From positions 96,001-160,000 of the forward strand of contig JAQBYT010000004.1 in assembly GCA_027622665.1 (NCBI GenBank): a DNA stretch of 64,000 nt, given 5' to 3'. A program made the translations under genes and the position numbers. Position 1 is the first letter of the stretch. Each line of letters opens with the position of its first letter. This stretch comes from Verrucomicrobiota bacterium. GTDB lineage: Bacteria > Verrucomicrobiota > Verrucomicrobiia > Opitutales > Seribacteraceae. The notes beneath the pieces were generated by a model. It did not search any database, had not been told where the DNA came from, and saw nothing but the letters and a program-made list of their open reading frames with translations. Below, one piece after another: positions 31,519 through 42,828 of this stretch.

Positions 31519-32799
31519 TCAGTATTTTGGAAAGATATCCGGAGTCGGGAAGCGGTTCTCCGGGCTATTGTTGAAGAGGTATTCCTCCCTGGGGATTTGA
31601 GACTTCGGCCAACTGTCCGGACGGATGCGAACTACCCGTCCGGGACGAATGGCTTCGATAATCTGGTCGGTCTTGAAATCGACTTGAATGCCACTGCTGC
31701 CCAATGGAATGTTGCTTTCCTGTTTGGTGACTTGAACAATCTTTCCACCCGATGCCATGTGACCAGGGCCGTAGTGGCTAGCGGTGTGTTTCAATGTATT
31801 TTCCGCACCGTTTATCTGTCCGCCAATATCTTTTTTGAAATCGTCGTACAGTGCCTGATCCATCCCTCCAAAAAGGGTGAGAGTCGCTGTGGCCTGACCA
31901 AACTTTCCGTACTTTACCTCATTCACATAGGCGGGCATCCAGCGGGTACGGATGAAACTGTTGTTCTTCTGGGTCAGGAAATAGGCAGCGTGTTCAATGG
32001 ACTGATCATCCAGCCAAATATCCGAGACATGAAAACTGGTAAAGGCACCGCTTAGTCCATCCCCAGGTGCGGGTTTCCAGGTTATACCCAAAAGGACAGG
32101 TTGGTCACTTAGATCCTTCTTTCCATTTTCAGGCCATGCTTTCTCCTCGATCAGATCCGAGATGCGGATTGATTCGCGTCCCCGCCAAATACGGGTGGCG
32201 GCATCGAAGGTCATGGTTTTGGGCTCAACTTTCGTTTTCTCACCGTCTATGGGTTGTCGACTGGCCACGATCGTGCCAACGAGATTGTTTAGCTTCACTT
32301 CCTGGAGTTTCCACACCAAACCGTTTCGTCTGCAATGACTGGGTTCATCTTCGAGTAGAAGAATATGATTTTCAGATGGGAAAATACCGGTTCCCCGGTA
32401 GTGTCCGGCATCCTTATCTTTATTGTTGGGAGGGAGTACGGGAACGGAAGAGGTTTTGGGGTCGGGTGGTAAAAACCCATGGGCATGCATCACCGTGCCA
32501 AGCGGGACGTCGCGAAGATCGGCGGGAGCATCGTGGTAACGGACCATGCCGTAGGGAAGCAGGGCGAAAGGGTGGGGGTCATTCCGGTAAAATTTCCCCG
32601 TTCCCTCCACGCGGATGCTTCCGCGCCGGTTGGGGTGGTCCACGAAGATAAGTTCTCCCCGATAGGCATGGGCTTTTTCAATCGGTGGAAATTTCCCCGT
32701 TTCGGGGCGGAACGGTTCACTTTTCTCTACGACCGATGCAAAGACGGAGGTCTCGAAAACAAAGGCAAAAGCAAGCCAAACCAGATATTTTCGGATCAT
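31519..32799 (-). CDS. Uncharacterised exported protein X, paralogue 5
   Basis: ATG 32799 overlaps the DUF1552 stop (ATGA); signal peptide [29 protein letters not shown]; ends [10 protein letters not shown]. Confidence 0.88.
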   Translation of the reverse strand: MIRKYLVWLAFAFVFETSVFASVVEKSEPFRPETGKFPPIEKAHAYRGELIFVDHPNRRGSIRVEGTGKFYRNDPHPFALLPYGMVRYHDAPADLRDVPLGTVMHAHGFLPPDPKTSSVPVLPPNNKDKDAGHYRGTGIFPSENHILLLEDEPSHCRRNGLVWKLQEVKLNNLVGTIVASRQPIDGEKTKVEPKTMTFDAATRIWRGRESIRISDLIEEKAWPENGKKDLSDQPVLLGITWKPAPGDGLSGAFTSFHVSDIWLDDQSIEHAAYFLTQKNNSFIRTRWMPAYVNEVKYGKFGQATATLTLFGGMDQALYDDFKKDIGGQINGAENTLKHTASHYGPGHMASGGKIVQVTKQESNIPLGSSGIQVDFKTDQIIEAIRPGRVVRIRPDSWPKSQIPREEYLFNNSPENRFPTPDIFPKY

Positions 32800-34148
32800 A
32801 TTGCGATGACTTGGTTGCTGTCGCCAAATTGTTCCGTCTCCACTCCCATCTTTTGGGCCATGAGAAGAAGCAGGTTGCTCATGTGGGCATCGGAATTGAC
32901 CGGGCGGCTGCAAAGTCGATAGTGGTCACCCGGTTTGTCGAGGGTGTAACCGTCGAAATGACCCTGATTGAAATCAAGGTGACTTCCGTGCTTCAAGCCC
33001 AAGTCTGAACCACCGGCAAAAACGAGGGGCAGGTTGGCATTTCCGTGACTGTGGCCGTAGGACATACCGCTGCCGAAAAGAGACATGGTTGACCCGAGCA
33101 GAGACTTTCCGCTTAGGTCCTTGGTTTCTTCCAAACGGGAAAGGAAGTAGCTGTATTGTTCGATGGCGAAAGTATCGTAGTTCGTCAGCTTTTCCATATA
33201 GCCCTCATCGCCCCCGTGGTGACTAAGTTGGTGGCGGGACTCGGTGATGCCGATCTCGGGTATGGCGAAGGCATCTCCTTCTCCTCCCAGGCTGAAGGTT
33301 GCGACCCGAGTGACGTCGGTTTGAAAGGCGAGAACCATGAGGTCATAAACGGTACGGAAGTAATCCCCCGCCTGGGCTTTGGTGACTTTACGGTTGGTGC
33401 GCTTACGGTCGGAATCGGAAATTTTGGGTAGAGGGGTGTCGAGCCAGTCGTCCGCCCGACGCGTACGGATTTCCGCTTCGCGCACCGAGGTGAGGTACTG
33501 ATCCATGCGACCCTTGTCCGCCTTCCCCATTTTTTTCTCCAATCGACGAACCTCTTCCAGGTTGTCATCCAATACGCTTGCCTTGCGACGAAGTCTTTTG
33601 CGCTGGGCATCAATCCCCCCTTTGGGTTCCTCGAAAAGGGAAGCGAAGATTTGGCTGCACTGCCGCATGGCGGGCAGTTGAACACCGTCCGCAGTCCAGG
33701 CCAGAGAACCCTGAGTCAGGGCAACTTCAAGGGAGGGGTGGCGGGTGTGTTGGCCGGTTATTTCGGCCATTTTTTGGTCCACCGAGATGGTGTTACGGTG
33801 AGCGGCCCCGATTTTCCCTCCTGTCAAAAAGACGTTAATGCAGTTGTGGTGATGCCCGAGGCTGCCGGGATGATGAAGGCCGCTGACCGGCGTGATGGCG
33901 TTACGATGTTTCTCCAAAGGTTTGAGTGATTGGGAGAATTCGTACTCTTTGCCCGGCTCAGTGATCTGGTAATTGAGGGAATGGACACCGTTGGCGAGGT
34001 AGATAAAAGCGCTCCGTTTCGGTGTGGAAACCTTTTCGGCCGCTTTGAGCGGAGTCATGCATTCGAGCATGGGCAGTGCGATACAGGTACCCATGGCCCG
34101 GAGGGCATGGCGGCGATTGATCAACCAGGATTGTGATAAGTAATTCAT
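32796..34148 (-). CDS. DUF1552-family protein (Tat signal), copy A
   Basis: [10 protein letters not shown] leader; [26 protein letters not shown] and HSHGNANLP. Confidence 0.92.
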   Translation of the reverse strand: MNYLSQSWLINRRHALRAMGTCIALPMLECMTPLKAAEKVSTPKRSAFIYLANGVHSLNYQITEPGKEYEFSQSLKPLEKHRNAITPVSGLHHPGSLGHHHNCINVFLTGGKIGAAHRNTISVDQKMAEITGQHTRHPSLEVALTQGSLAWTADGVQLPAMRQCSQIFASLFEEPKGGIDAQRKRLRRKASVLDDNLEEVRRLEKKMGKADKGRMDQYLTSVREAEIRTRRADDWLDTPLPKISDSDRKRTNRKVTKAQAGDYFRTVYDLMVLAFQTDVTRVATFSLGGEGDAFAIPEIGITESRHQLSHHGGDEGYMEKLTNYDTFAIEQYSYFLSRLEETKDLSGKSLLGSTMSLFGSGMSYGHSHGNANLPLVFAGGSDLGLKHGSHLDFNQGHFDGYTLDKPGDHYRLCSRPVNSDAHMSNLLLLMAQKMGVETEQFGDSNQVIAI

Positions 34149-34176
34149 GTTCTTTTCCTTTTTATGTTTTTAAATT

Positions 34177-36600
34177 CTAGCGTTTGCGGAGGAGGTCGGA
34201 GACGGCCACTGCACGGATCATATCTTTAATCTGATAATTCTTTTTCTTTGCCTCTTCTTCGATGACTGAGATGTCATCCTTGTCGTCAACGGTGAGAACG
34301 CGTCGCAGGGCATAGGTGCAAAGGTGCTCGATAAAAGCACGGGCAAAGCGGTCCCGATCATCGAACAGCAATCTTTTGAACTCCACGGAACCCTTGAAGG
34401 TTCGTCCGTCCGGTAAGGTTCCCGAGGCATCGACCGGGGGATTCTCTCCTTTCCCGGTGGGTACGAGTTCGCGGGTTCTCCACTGTCCGATGGCATCATA
34501 CTGGTCGAAGGCCAAGCCCAGCGGATCGATCGTCTTGTGGCAGGCGGCGCAATTGGGATCTTTGGTGTGGGCTTCGATGCGTTGGCGGATGGTGATCTTA
34601 TCTCCTTGCGGAGGGACGGGTTCGATCGGGTCGACGTTGGCCGGTGGGGCGGGCGGGGTTTTGTTGAAGATGGTTTCGCTTAGCCATACCCCGCGGTGTA
34701 CCGGGCGGTGGCGCGTACCGTCCGAGGTCAGTCCGAGAACTCCTCCCATGGTGAGCAGTCCCCCTCGGTTGTCTTCGGGCTTGAGCGAAACGCGCTGGAA
34801 ATCGCCCTTCTTCGGTTCGGGCAATCCGTAGAAGTCGCTGAGGCGGGCGTTGGCCATCGTCCAATCCGAATCAAGCAGGGATTCAATGGGAAGGTTATTG
34901 CTTAGTAATTCCCGGAAAAACTCAACCGGTTCGTTGCGCATACTGGTCTCGAGCCAGTCATCGTAGGTGGGGTAGAGCTTTTTATCCGGTGGAAACATTC
35001 CCACCTTGTGCAGTTGCAACCATTGACGCGAAAAGTCGTCGATGAAGCGGTTGATCCGATCGTCCGTCATCATCCGGTCTACCTGCTTATTCAGTTCACC
35101 GTCTTTCAGGTTACCGGCCTTGGCGGCAGCGAAGAGACCATCGTCGGGCATGGAACTCCAGAGGAAGTACGAGAGCCGGGAGGCAAGCTCCCAGTCGTCC
35201 AAGTGTTTCCGGGCCTTCGGATCGCCTTCCACCAGGTAGATGAAGTTTCGGGAAGTCAGCACCCTGAGCATGGCCGTACGGAAGGCATCGACCGCTTTTT
35301 CTCCCGCATCAAGATCAGCTTGGTAGGATTTTAGGTAGCCCGACAGCTCGTCTTTCCCTACCTGCCTTCGCCAGGCCCGCTCGGCGAAGCGTTGCAGGTG
35401 ATCGGTCACCGTTTGGATCGTGGCATTATCATCCGGGACAATACCTTCCCTTTTGGCTTTTTCCTCCTTCGATACGAGCGGACCTTCCCACTCGACCCAA
35501 TCGAGGATTACCGTGGAGAAGATGCCGTTTCCCTTGTCGTCGAACATCTGCGGGGCGTTGGGGTTGAGGAGAAGGGTCTCGCTGCTGTGCGTGAAGAGAT
35601 AAGCGTTTCCGCTGGAGAGCGCGTTGCGGAAAGCCGCGCCCCCTCTCCGGTCGATCACGTCCGTGGCGACCACGGCAAAGTGCAACCCCGTTGGCATTTC
35701 CAAAAACACCTCCATCTCATAGACCTGCGGACTGTCTTCGGGTGCCGTGACGTCGAATTCGATCAGGCCCTCCACGGTCTCCTCACTAGTCTTCTTGCCG
35801 ATACTCAGGTGGGCCGGTTGGCCGCCGGGCGGACGGATGCCGCTGGCTTGGAGGCGAAGTTTGTAGAGCCCGCTGTGTTCCGGGCCCGTCTTGCCGAACC
35901 AATTGGAGGATAGAGCCGGTTGAACTCGGCCTGGGAAATGGAGGTAGCGCAACGGCCGCTTGATACCGAGCCGGGCGAGGGCCTCCTTTTGTTTCTCCCC
36001 GCCCCCATACCTCAAATCCGCTGCCGTCTTGCGTACTTTTCGCGCCTCGGCGGCCTTGGTGGGAAAAGCCCGCTCGAGCACGATCTCCGCGGCTTGGTAG
36101 TAGCGGTTGACGTGCGAAGGCGAGAGCGAGAGTTGCGAACCGATTCGCTCATAGCCGTGCCACAGGGTGTCCTCATTCAGTTCGCCCGGCTTGGTCGGGT
36201 CGTAGCGGACTCCCAGGAGGTCATAGACTGTATTCTGATATTCCTTCCGGCTCAGGCGATAATGCGCCACTGCCGGGCGCGCCGCCATCCGCGCCGCCCG
36301 ACCTTCTCGAATGCGCTGATCCAGTTCGGCGATGACCTTGCCGATTGCATCGGCGGTTGGCCGCGGTTCATCCTCGGGGGGCATTTCACCGGCATTGATC
36401 TTCTCGACCACTTCGGCCCAGAGTTGCCCATCCACGCCGGACTTGAAATCACGCGACAATTGATCCAGCCGCAAGTCGCCCTTCGACTTCTTGGGACCAT
36501 GACAGCTCACGCAGTGCTTGGTGAGAAAACCCTCAAAGGGTTCGGCGGCTGAACCGGTGGACGCCACGGCAAGCAAAAGGATGGAGGAAAAACGTATCAT
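34177..36600 (-). CDS. DUF1592-family protein, copy A
   Basis: 807 aa with a signal peptide; [31 protein letters not shown] and [12 protein letters not shown]. Confidence 0.92.
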   Translation of the reverse strand: MIRFSSILLLAVASTGSAAEPFEGFLTKHCVSCHGPKKSKGDLRLDQLSRDFKSGVDGQLWAEVVEKINAGEMPPEDEPRPTADAIGKVIAELDQRIREGRAARMAARPAVAHYRLSRKEYQNTVYDLLGVRYDPTKPGELNEDTLWHGYERIGSQLSLSPSHVNRYYQAAEIVLERAFPTKAAEARKVRKTAADLRYGGGEKQKEALARLGIKRPLRYLHFPGRVQPALSSNWFGKTGPEHSGLYKLRLQASGIRPPGGQPAHLSIGKKTSEETVEGLIEFDVTAPEDSPQVYEMEVFLEMPTGLHFAVVATDVIDRRGGAAFRNALSSGNAYLFTHSSETLLLNPNAPQMFDDKGNGIFSTVILDWVEWEGPLVSKEEKAKREGIVPDDNATIQTVTDHLQRFAERAWRRQVGKDELSGYLKSYQADLDAGEKAVDAFRTAMLRVLTSRNFIYLVEGDPKARKHLDDWELASRLSYFLWSSMPDDGLFAAAKAGNLKDGELNKQVDRMMTDDRINRFIDDFSRQWLQLHKVGMFPPDKKLYPTYDDWLETSMRNEPVEFFRELLSNNLPIESLLDSDWTMANARLSDFYGLPEPKKGDFQRVSLKPEDNRGGLLTMGGVLGLTSDGTRHRPVHRGVWLSETIFNKTPPAPPANVDPIEPVPPQGDKITIRQRIEAHTKDPNCAACHKTIDPLGLAFDQYDAIGQWRTRELVPTGKGENPPVDASGTLPDGRTFKGSVEFKRLLFDDRDRFARAFIEHLCTYALRRVLTVDDKDDISVIEEEAKKKNYQIKDMIRAVAVSDLLRKR

Positions 36601-36694
36601 TTTAGGGTTTGTAACCTAGTAATTTTTAAACGCATGAACAACAAAGGAAACCATCCTTCAGGGAAATTTGCCCGAAGGTCGTTGATCCTTTCCG

Positions 36695-38131
36695 CTAGGC
36701 AATCAATTCGCTGATGACGTGCCCGTGTACGTCTGTGAGGCGGCGCTGGATGCCATTGTGGTAGAAGGAGAGGCGTTCGTGGTCTATGCCGAGGAGGTGG
36801 AGCGCGGTGGCGTGGAAATCGTAGGAGTAGGTGGGGTGTTCGGCGGCTTTCCATCCGAGTTCGTCGGTTGCTCCATAGCTGATGCCTCCTTTGATTCCTC
36901 CCCCCGCCAACCAGGCGGTGAAGGCTCCTGCGTTATGGTCGCGCCCGAGGGCTCGGTTGCCTTGAGCTGCGGGTTGGCGCCCGAACTCGGAGGTGCAAAT
37001 GACGAGGGTTTCATCGAGCAGACCGTGGGACTTGAGGTCCTTCAACAAGGCGGAGGCCCCGCCGTCGAGGACGCGTCCCCAGTAGCCGTGGTCGCGGGGC
37101 AGATCCTCGTGGCTGTCCCAGTTGGGGCGTATCTTTCTTGCGGTGGTGTTTTCCGCACCGCAAAATATTTGCACGAAGCGCACGCCGCGTTCCACTAGGC
37201 GCCGGGCCAGCAGGCATTGGCGGCCAAAGGGAGCGATGTCCTCGTCCTCCAGTTGGTAGAGCTTGTGGGTGGCGGCCGATTCTCCCTCTATGGCTGTTGC
37301 CTCGGGGGCGCTTAGCTGGAGCTTGGCAGCCATTTCGTAGGCCTTGATGCGGGCTTCCAGCTCGGAGTTGGCGGGCCGTTTCTTGGCGTGTCGCTTATTG
37401 AGCAGACCGAGCAGCTGGGCATCGCCTGTCTTGTCCTTGAAGTCCTGCGGGGGAAAGAGGTCGGCCAGCGGGGCCTTGCCCGCTCCGGCTTGCATGGTAG
37501 TACCCTGTTGCTTGGCGGGGAGAAAACCGGCTCCCCAGTTGATCACGCCACCGGGCGGGAGTCCGCGGGGATCGGGTAGCACTACGTATGCGGGCAGGTT
37601 GTCCGCCTCGCTGCCTAGTCCGTAGGTGACCCATGCCCCCATGCTGGGAAACCCGGGCAGGATGAACCCGCTGTTCATCATGAACATGGCGGGCCCATGC
37701 AAGGCGGACTTGCTGTGCATGGAGTGGACGAAGGCCATGTCGTCGACACAGGTGGCGAGGCGGGGAAATAGGTCGCTTATCCAGCGCCCGCAGGCACCGT
37801 GCCTACGAAACTTCCAGAAACTACCTTGGCAATTGCCCGGCTTGGAGGCGAAGAACTGGAGTTTTCCGTCGGGGTCGAAGGGGGTGCCGTTGCGTTTGGC
37901 CAGCTCGGGCTTGTAGTCCCAAGTGTCCACTTGGCTGACTCCCCCGGGGCAAAAGATCTGGATGACCGCCTTGGCCTTGGCCAGATGGTGCATCGCAATG
38001 TCGCCGCCATGAGCTTCCTTGGCCCACAGACCGCCCAAGGCCATGGAGCCGAACCCGCAACCCAGTGACTGGAGAAAGTTTCTACGGAATGGGGAGAATT
38101 CGTCGGTTTTCAACTTCGAGAAGGTTTGCAT
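36695..38131 (-). CDS. DUF1501-family protein (Tat signal, sulfatase-like fold)
   Basis: FRRNFLQ leader; GGVSQVDTWDYKP, PSMGAWVTYGLGSE, CLLARRLVERGVRFVQ, EFGRQP and GRDHN. Confidence 0.93.
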   Translation of the reverse strand: MQTFSKLKTDEFSPFRRNFLQSLGCGFGSMALGGLWAKEAHGGDIAMHHLAKAKAVIQIFCPGGVSQVDTWDYKPELAKRNGTPFDPDGKLQFFASKPGNCQGSFWKFRRHGACGRWISDLFPRLATCVDDMAFVHSMHSKSALHGPAMFMMNSGFILPGFPSMGAWVTYGLGSEADNLPAYVVLPDPRGLPPGGVINWGAGFLPAKQQGTTMQAGAGKAPLADLFPPQDFKDKTGDAQLLGLLNKRHAKKRPANSELEARIKAYEMAAKLQLSAPEATAIEGESAATHKLYQLEDEDIAPFGRQCLLARRLVERGVRFVQIFCGAENTTARKIRPNWDSHEDLPRDHGYWGRVLDGGASALLKDLKSHGLLDETLVICTSEFGRQPAAQGNRALGRDHNAGAFTAWLAGGGIKGGISYGATDELGWKAAEHPTYSYDFHATALHLLGIDHERLSFYHNGIQRRLTDVHGHVISELIA

Positions 38132-38134
38132 GAC

Positions 38135-39421
38135 CTAGTCCAAGGACCACGGTTTCCGCATGTCACGGCTTCGCAGCCGGTTTGCTTCATTGTCGTTCAG
38201 GAAGTGTTCCTTGACGGGATTCCATTTCAGGGGGCGGCCCAACTTGATGGATAGATTCGCGAGGTGGCAGACGGTGGAAACTCGATGACCAATGTCGACT
38301 GGGAAATACGGATCTTTTCGAGATTTCACGCAATCGAGGAAGTTGCGATGCTCTCCGGCCGGATTGGTGAACAGACGGGTTTCCCCCTTCTCGATCACCG
38401 AATTGAGAATCTTGTCGGAACTGGCTTGGAGTTCGGCTCGCCAACCGAAGTTGCCCACCCAGCCCTTGGATCCAATGAATTTCAGGCTGGGGTTGCCGGA
38501 GGTGCAGGTCATAACTACCCCGTTCTCATAGCGATAGCTCACGTCGTAGTCCTTTACTGTGTCGTAGAGGCCACCTTCCCAGTGCGTTCCCTTTCCGTCG
38601 ATTTCCACTGGTCCGGATCGTTCGGTGTCGTTCGCCCACTGGGCGGTGTCGAACAAGTGGGCACCCCAGTCACAGATGATGCCGCCCGAGTAATCCCAAA
38701 TCCATCGGAAGTTGAAATGGACGCGATCCTTCGTGTATGGGGCCTCGGGGGCTGGCCCCAGCCACATGTCGTAATCCAACTCACTTGGAACTGGTTGCGG
38801 TGCGGGATTGCCCGGTCCCTTGGGTTGCTTCGGCAGAATGACTTCGATCTTCTCCAGTTTGCCGATGCGGCCGTTGCGGACCAGCTCGGCCATGCGGTGG
38901 TAGACCGGAATGGCCCGATCCTCCGTGCTGGTCTGGAAGACCTTGTTGTGCTTCCGCACTTCTTTGATCAGGATTTTCCCTTCGTCGATCGTCAAGGTGG
39001 GTTTCTCGCACTGCACATCCTTGCCGCTGCGTAGGGCCAACACACTCATCAGAGTATGCCAGTGGTCGGGGGTCGAGATCATCACCGCATCGATGTCCGG
39101 GCGGGCCAACACTTCCCTGAAATCTTTCGTCGTGGCACAGCCTGCCCCGGAGTCGCGATAGAAGGAATCCACCATTTTCTTGGCCCTTTCCATGCGCTTG
39201 GAATCCACGTCGCAAACCATCACCACCCGGGCGTCGGCTTGCTTGAGGTAGGCCCGGAGGTTGTGTCCCGTCCCATGTCCGCCGACGCCGATGCAACCCA
39301 CCGTAATCTTCTTGCTGGGAGCATCGGCCCCGAATAGCCTGGAGGGCAGAATGGTCGGGGCCACACCGGCGGCCAAGGTGGTCTTGAGGAAGGATCGCCG
39401 ATTGGGTAGGGGTTTTTTCAT
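38135..39421 (-). CDS. Gfo/Idh/MocA family oxidoreductase (Tat signal)
   Basis: NRRSFLK leader; GCIGVGGHG, ISTPDHWH, CEKP and DWGAHLFD. Confidence 0.93.
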   Translation of the reverse strand: MKKPLPNRRSFLKTTLAAGVAPTILPSRLFGADAPSKKITVGCIGVGGHGTGHNLRAYLKQADARVVMVCDVDSKRMERAKKMVDSFYRDSGAGCATTKDFREVLARPDIDAVMISTPDHWHTLMSVLALRSGKDVQCEKPTLTIDEGKILIKEVRKHNKVFQTSTEDRAIPVYHRMAELVRNGRIGKLEKIEVILPKQPKGPGNPAPQPVPSELDYDMWLGPAPEAPYTKDRVHFNFRWIWDYSGGIICDWGAHLFDTAQWANDTERSGPVEIDGKGTHWEGGLYDTVKDYDVSYRYENGVVMTCTSGNPSLKFIGSKGWVGNFGWRAELQASSDKILNSVIEKGETRLFTNPAGEHRNFLDCVKSRKDPYFPVDIGHRVSTVCHLANLSIKLGRPLKWNPVKEHFLNDNEANRLRSRDMRKPWSLD

Positions 39422-39425
39422 GGCT

Positions 39426-40301
39426 TTACCTTTTGATTGGGACGGGAATCATCTTGATTTCCTTTAGCCACTTGAGCGAGCCCTTCTGCCAGGCATCCCA
39501 GCTCGGTCCCTTGTAGCCGTTCAGGCCGTGGCCACCATTGGGTAGCTCAAGGTACTCGGAGGGAACCTTGTTTTTTTGCAGGGCCTTGTACAAGGCGCGG
39601 CTGTTCTCGGGCGGCACTGGGCGGTCGTCGACTGCATGGGCGAGGAAGATGGGGGGCGTTTCCTTGGTCACTTGCTTCTCGTTGGAGAAGAGCTCTACCA
39701 GTTCATTCGTGGGGGTTTTGCCCAGCAAGTTGCGTTTCGATCCGCCGTGGGTGTGCTTGCCCATGGTCACGACGGGGTAGACGAGGATGGAGAAATCAGG
39801 TCGGCAGGAGAGTCGATCGATTGGGTCCTTCGCCTTGGTCTCGCCCTTGTCGAAATGAGTGGCCGCAGTGGATGCGAGGTGCCCGCCTGCGGAGAAGCCA
39901 ATAATCCCGATTCGCTTCGGGTCGAGACTCCACTTCTTGGCGTTGGCCCGCACGGTGCGAATGGCCCGCTGGGCATCCATCAACGGTACGAATGAGCGTC
40001 CTTTTGGCAGACGGTACTGAAGTACGATACCTGTTATACCCTGTCCATTGAGCCAGGTGGCGATGCCATGTCCTTCGGCACCCATGACCTGCATGCCGTA
40101 GCCTCCTCCAGGACAGATGATGACTGCGGTGCCGTTTGGGTTGGCCGGTCGATGGACGTGTATCCAGGCGTCTTCTTCCTTGAACTTGCCTTCCCCGATC
40201 GGGGCGTGGTTGTTCCAAAGCGCAATTTTTTTCGGCTTGGGAGCCGCGTGGAGACAGGGGAGGATAAAGAGGAACAGTGGCAGGAGGAGGATGCTTTTCA
40301 T
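39426..40301 (-). CDS. Alpha/beta hydrolase (BD-FAE/xylan esterase-like)
   Basis: ICPGGGY, GIIGFSAGGHLA, AHAVDDRPV and GGHG; signal peptide. Confidence 0.9.
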   Translation of the reverse strand: MKSILLLPLFLFILPCLHAAPKPKKIALWNNHAPIGEGKFKEEDAWIHVHRPANPNGTAVIICPGGGYGMQVMGAEGHGIATWLNGQGITGIVLQYRLPKGRSFVPLMDAQRAIRTVRANAKKWSLDPKRIGIIGFSAGGHLASTAATHFDKGETKAKDPIDRLSCRPDFSILVYPVVTMGKHTHGGSKRNLLGKTPTNELVELFSNEKQVTKETPPIFLAHAVDDRPVPPENSRALYKALQKNKVPSEYLELPNGGHGLNGYKGPSWDAWQKGSLKWLKEIKMIPVPIKR

Positions 40302-40314
40302 TTCTTTTATGGGA

Positions 40315-41394
40315 TTATTTTATTCCTTCAAAACCGAGTATGCCGAGGCTTTCGGCCATGCGAACGGGGCGTGACAGGGCCTCCTTCATGCGGGACAATT
40401 CGCCACTCGGGCGACGGTCTGGGCAATCGGGGTGAATTTCGTGGGAGTCGATCAAGCCCAGCAACTCGAGGACGGCCGCGGTGCTTTGCTTGTAGGCTGC
40501 GGCGCTTCCGTTCTCGTCCAACCGGAATACGGCGTCCTCCAGTGACTGGATGGCCTCGAACACCTTGTATGCCCTGGTGTCGAACCGGCCGTTTTCGTTT
40601 TCGAGCCACATTCGTTTGGCGGCGCAGATCAGTGGGCATGCCGACACTCCCGCCCCGATCAGGTTCGGTTGGCCCATCCTGATGGCGGACGCGATGCCGT
40701 AATCATCGCCGCTGTGTGGAGAGAAGTCCAGGTTCAGGTCGCGGCACATGGCGGTCCAGTACAGAAAGTGCGGTTCCTCCAAGGTGGATATTTTGCCGCC
40801 GACCACTTTCTCGTGGTTGGCCAGTTCGCGAAGAAGCCAAGGCTCGTAAGGTGTGGCCCAGGGAACGAACGATGGTTCGAGGGCGTGTACGATGGCGGGG
40901 ACTTCAACGTGTTCGAGGATGTCGAAGTAGGCGTCTCGCCTTTTTTCGGGCTCGAGAGCGTTGAGCTGACGGGAAGTCATCAGCATGACCTCGATGTTTT
41001 GAAATTGCTGGGCGATCTCTAGGTGCGGGCGGTACCAGTCCGCCTGGAAGGTCTCGCCATCCGCCCCATGGGCCGTGGTTCCACAGATGATCTTGTGGTC
41101 GGGAAAGAGGTTCCTGAACCGTTGGATGACCTCCCGGTACAACTCCGTCGAGAGGTTGAAGATGTAGCCGGTGTCTGCGTTGAGGACGAAGACGATTTCG
41201 ATATTGAAGCACTCGGCGCAGGATATCATCCATCGTATGCTGCGTTCGAAACCGGCCCAGTCGGGTTGCCCGTCCTTAAATGGAAGCAAGGTTGCGACGC
41301 AGAGGCGTCCGCAAGTCCGGTGGTCAGTCAGCAATTCTTCGCCGACCCAAGCCCAGGGGGTTTCTTTCCAAGTTGTTTCAGGAGAAAGTTCCAT
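40315..41394 (-). CDS. Divergent dihydrodipicolinate synthase-like (class I aldolase TIM barrel) protein
   Basis: TLLPFKDGQPDWAGF, NADTGY, VVGGKIST (candidate Schiff-base Lys), SGDD and AYKQSTA. Confidence 0.65.
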   Translation of the reverse strand: MELSPETTWKETPWAWVGEELLTDHRTCGRLCVATLLPFKDGQPDWAGFERSIRWMISCAECFNIEIVFVLNADTGYIFNLSTELYREVIQRFRNLFPDHKIICGTTAHGADGETFQADWYRPHLEIAQQFQNIEVMLMTSRQLNALEPEKRRDAYFDILEHVEVPAIVHALEPSFVPWATPYEPWLLRELANHEKVVGGKISTLEEPHFLYWTAMCRDLNLDFSPHSGDDYGIASAIRMGQPNLIGAGVSACPLICAAKRMWLENENGRFDTRAYKVFEAIQSLEDAVFRLDENGSAAAYKQSTAAVLELLGLIDSHEIHPDCPDRRPSGELSRMKEALSRPVRMAESLGILGFEGIK

Positions 41395-41591
41395 GAAGAT
41401 GAGTTAACTGTTTGGTAAAGCTAATCGAGAAATTTGAATTCATTCGCATTCAGTTGGTCTGTATTATAGAAATGATATCATTTTGATATGTATGTTTGTC
41501 GATTCCATTCCGAGCTGAATGGTCGAATCATTCAGCGAAATATCCGTCCCTGAACTTCGGGATCGACCATTTTAAAGGCAAAAACAAAGAT

Positions 41592-42065
41592 ATGTTTACC
41601 CAAGTCCAGTATGGCGCGAAGGAATACGATGAGGCCCTGGCTCTTCGGAGCGAGGTTCTTCGAGCACCTCTAGGGCTTGAACTCGGTCGAGAGGAATTAG
41701 ACGATGAGAAAGACTCGTTTCACTTGGTCTCGTGGCGCGACAATGCAATAGTTGCGTGTCTCGTTCTAATGCCCCAGTCCAAAAAGCAACTCAAGATGCG
41801 CCAACTGGCTGTCCGCGAGAACTGTCGGGGTGAGGGAGTGGGTCACGCATTGGTAAGTTACGCCGAATCCTTCGCCCTGGATCATTCTTACAAAGAAATT
41901 GTTCTTCATGCGCGTGAGACCGCTTTGGGATTTTATGAGAAGATGGGATACGAGGTCGAGGGGGAATGTTTCATCGAGGTCACGATCCCGCATTTTTTCA
42001 TGCGGAAGAACCTCTTGAAAGGCGAGGGAATGCAACTCAAGACGCCATTAGGCAACGGTCATTGA
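41592..42065 (+). CDS. GNAT family N-acetyltransferase
   Basis: LRSEVLRAPLG, MRQLAVRENCRGEGVG, LHARETALGFYEKMGY and FIEVTIPHFFM. Confidence 0.9.
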   Translation: MFTQVQYGAKEYDEALALRSEVLRAPLGLELGREELDDEKDSFHLVSWRDNAIVACLVLMPQSKKQLKMRQLAVRENCRGEGVGHALVSYAESFALDHSYKEIVLHARETALGFYEKMGYEVEGECFIEVTIPHFFMRKNLLKGEGMQLKTPLGNGH

Positions 42066-42066
42066 A

Positions 42067-42804
42067 ATGAAACTCCTTTGCCTTCACGGAAGCGTTCAGG
42101 ATCATCGGGTCTGGCAACCGTTTAAAGAAAGTTTCAATTCGCCAGGCGCGGAGGTATCGTTGGGTTGCGAAGATTTGTATCAAAGCGACCATTTGGGGTT
42201 TGAGGATTGGACCTGGAAATTTTGCGAGCAAGTGGAAAGGGATTCTTTCCGTGAAAAACCTTTTCTTCTTGGCTATTCCTTGGGCGGAAGGCTTGCCTTG
42301 CATGCCTGTCTGGCAAGGCCGGATTTGTGGAGCGGTGTGATTATTGTCTCAGCCGATCCGGGCTTGAGTAGTCCTGAGGAGAAAGAACTTCAGTTGCGTA
42401 AAGATCGGCAATGGGCCGAACGGTTCAGATCCGAACCTCTCGAGGGTTTGCTTGATGAATGGGATGATCTTCCAGTTTTTTGCGGTCGGCCCAATGCCGC
42501 CCCCCGAAATTTCAACGATTGGAATCCTGAAAAGATCAGCGGCTTGTTCGATGTTTTTTCAAAAGGTCGGCAACGAGACTTGTTGCCAGAACTTCGGAAA
42601 CTTAAAAAGCCTCCCCTTCTTTTCATTTCCGGACAAAGGGATGAGAAATACACGCAAGTTGGAAAAGAGTTGTCGGAAGCTTGTCCGATGGTCGAACATC
42701 AGATCATCCCCCAGTCCGGGCACAGGGTGCCTTGGGAAAAGCCGGAGCCATTTTTTGAAATGGTCTGGGAATTCATGGGTTCGGTTTTGAGGAATTCACC
42801 CTAA
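42067..42804 (+). CDS. menH: MenH-like alpha/beta hydrolase (SHCHC synthase-like)
   Basis: CLHGS, LGYSLGGRLALH, SADPGL...DRQWAERF, GQRDEKY and GHRVPWE match the MenH pattern. Confidence 0.65.
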   Translation: MKLLCLHGSVQDHRVWQPFKESFNSPGAEVSLGCEDLYQSDHLGFEDWTWKFCEQVERDSFREKPFLLGYSLGGRLALHACLARPDLWSGVIIVSADPGLSSPEEKELQLRKDRQWAERFRSEPLEGLLDEWDDLPVFCGRPNAAPRNFNDWNPEKISGLFDVFSKGRQRDLLPELRKLKKPPLLFISGQRDEKYTQVGKELSEACPMVEHQIIPQSGHRVPWEKPEPFFEMVWEFMGSVLRNSP

Positions 42805-42828
42805 AAGGAGTTCCTTGTCGAAAGAATC

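Noticed and set aside
28945..32799. X array as the target of a diversity-generating retroelement or shufflon
   Set aside because: No reverse transcriptase, recombinase or near-identical template repeat is present, and divergence is spread across whole genes.
36655..36680. Imperfect hairpin between DUF1501 and DUF1592(A)
   Set aside because: The stem is bulged and has no U-tract, so it is too weak to call a terminator.
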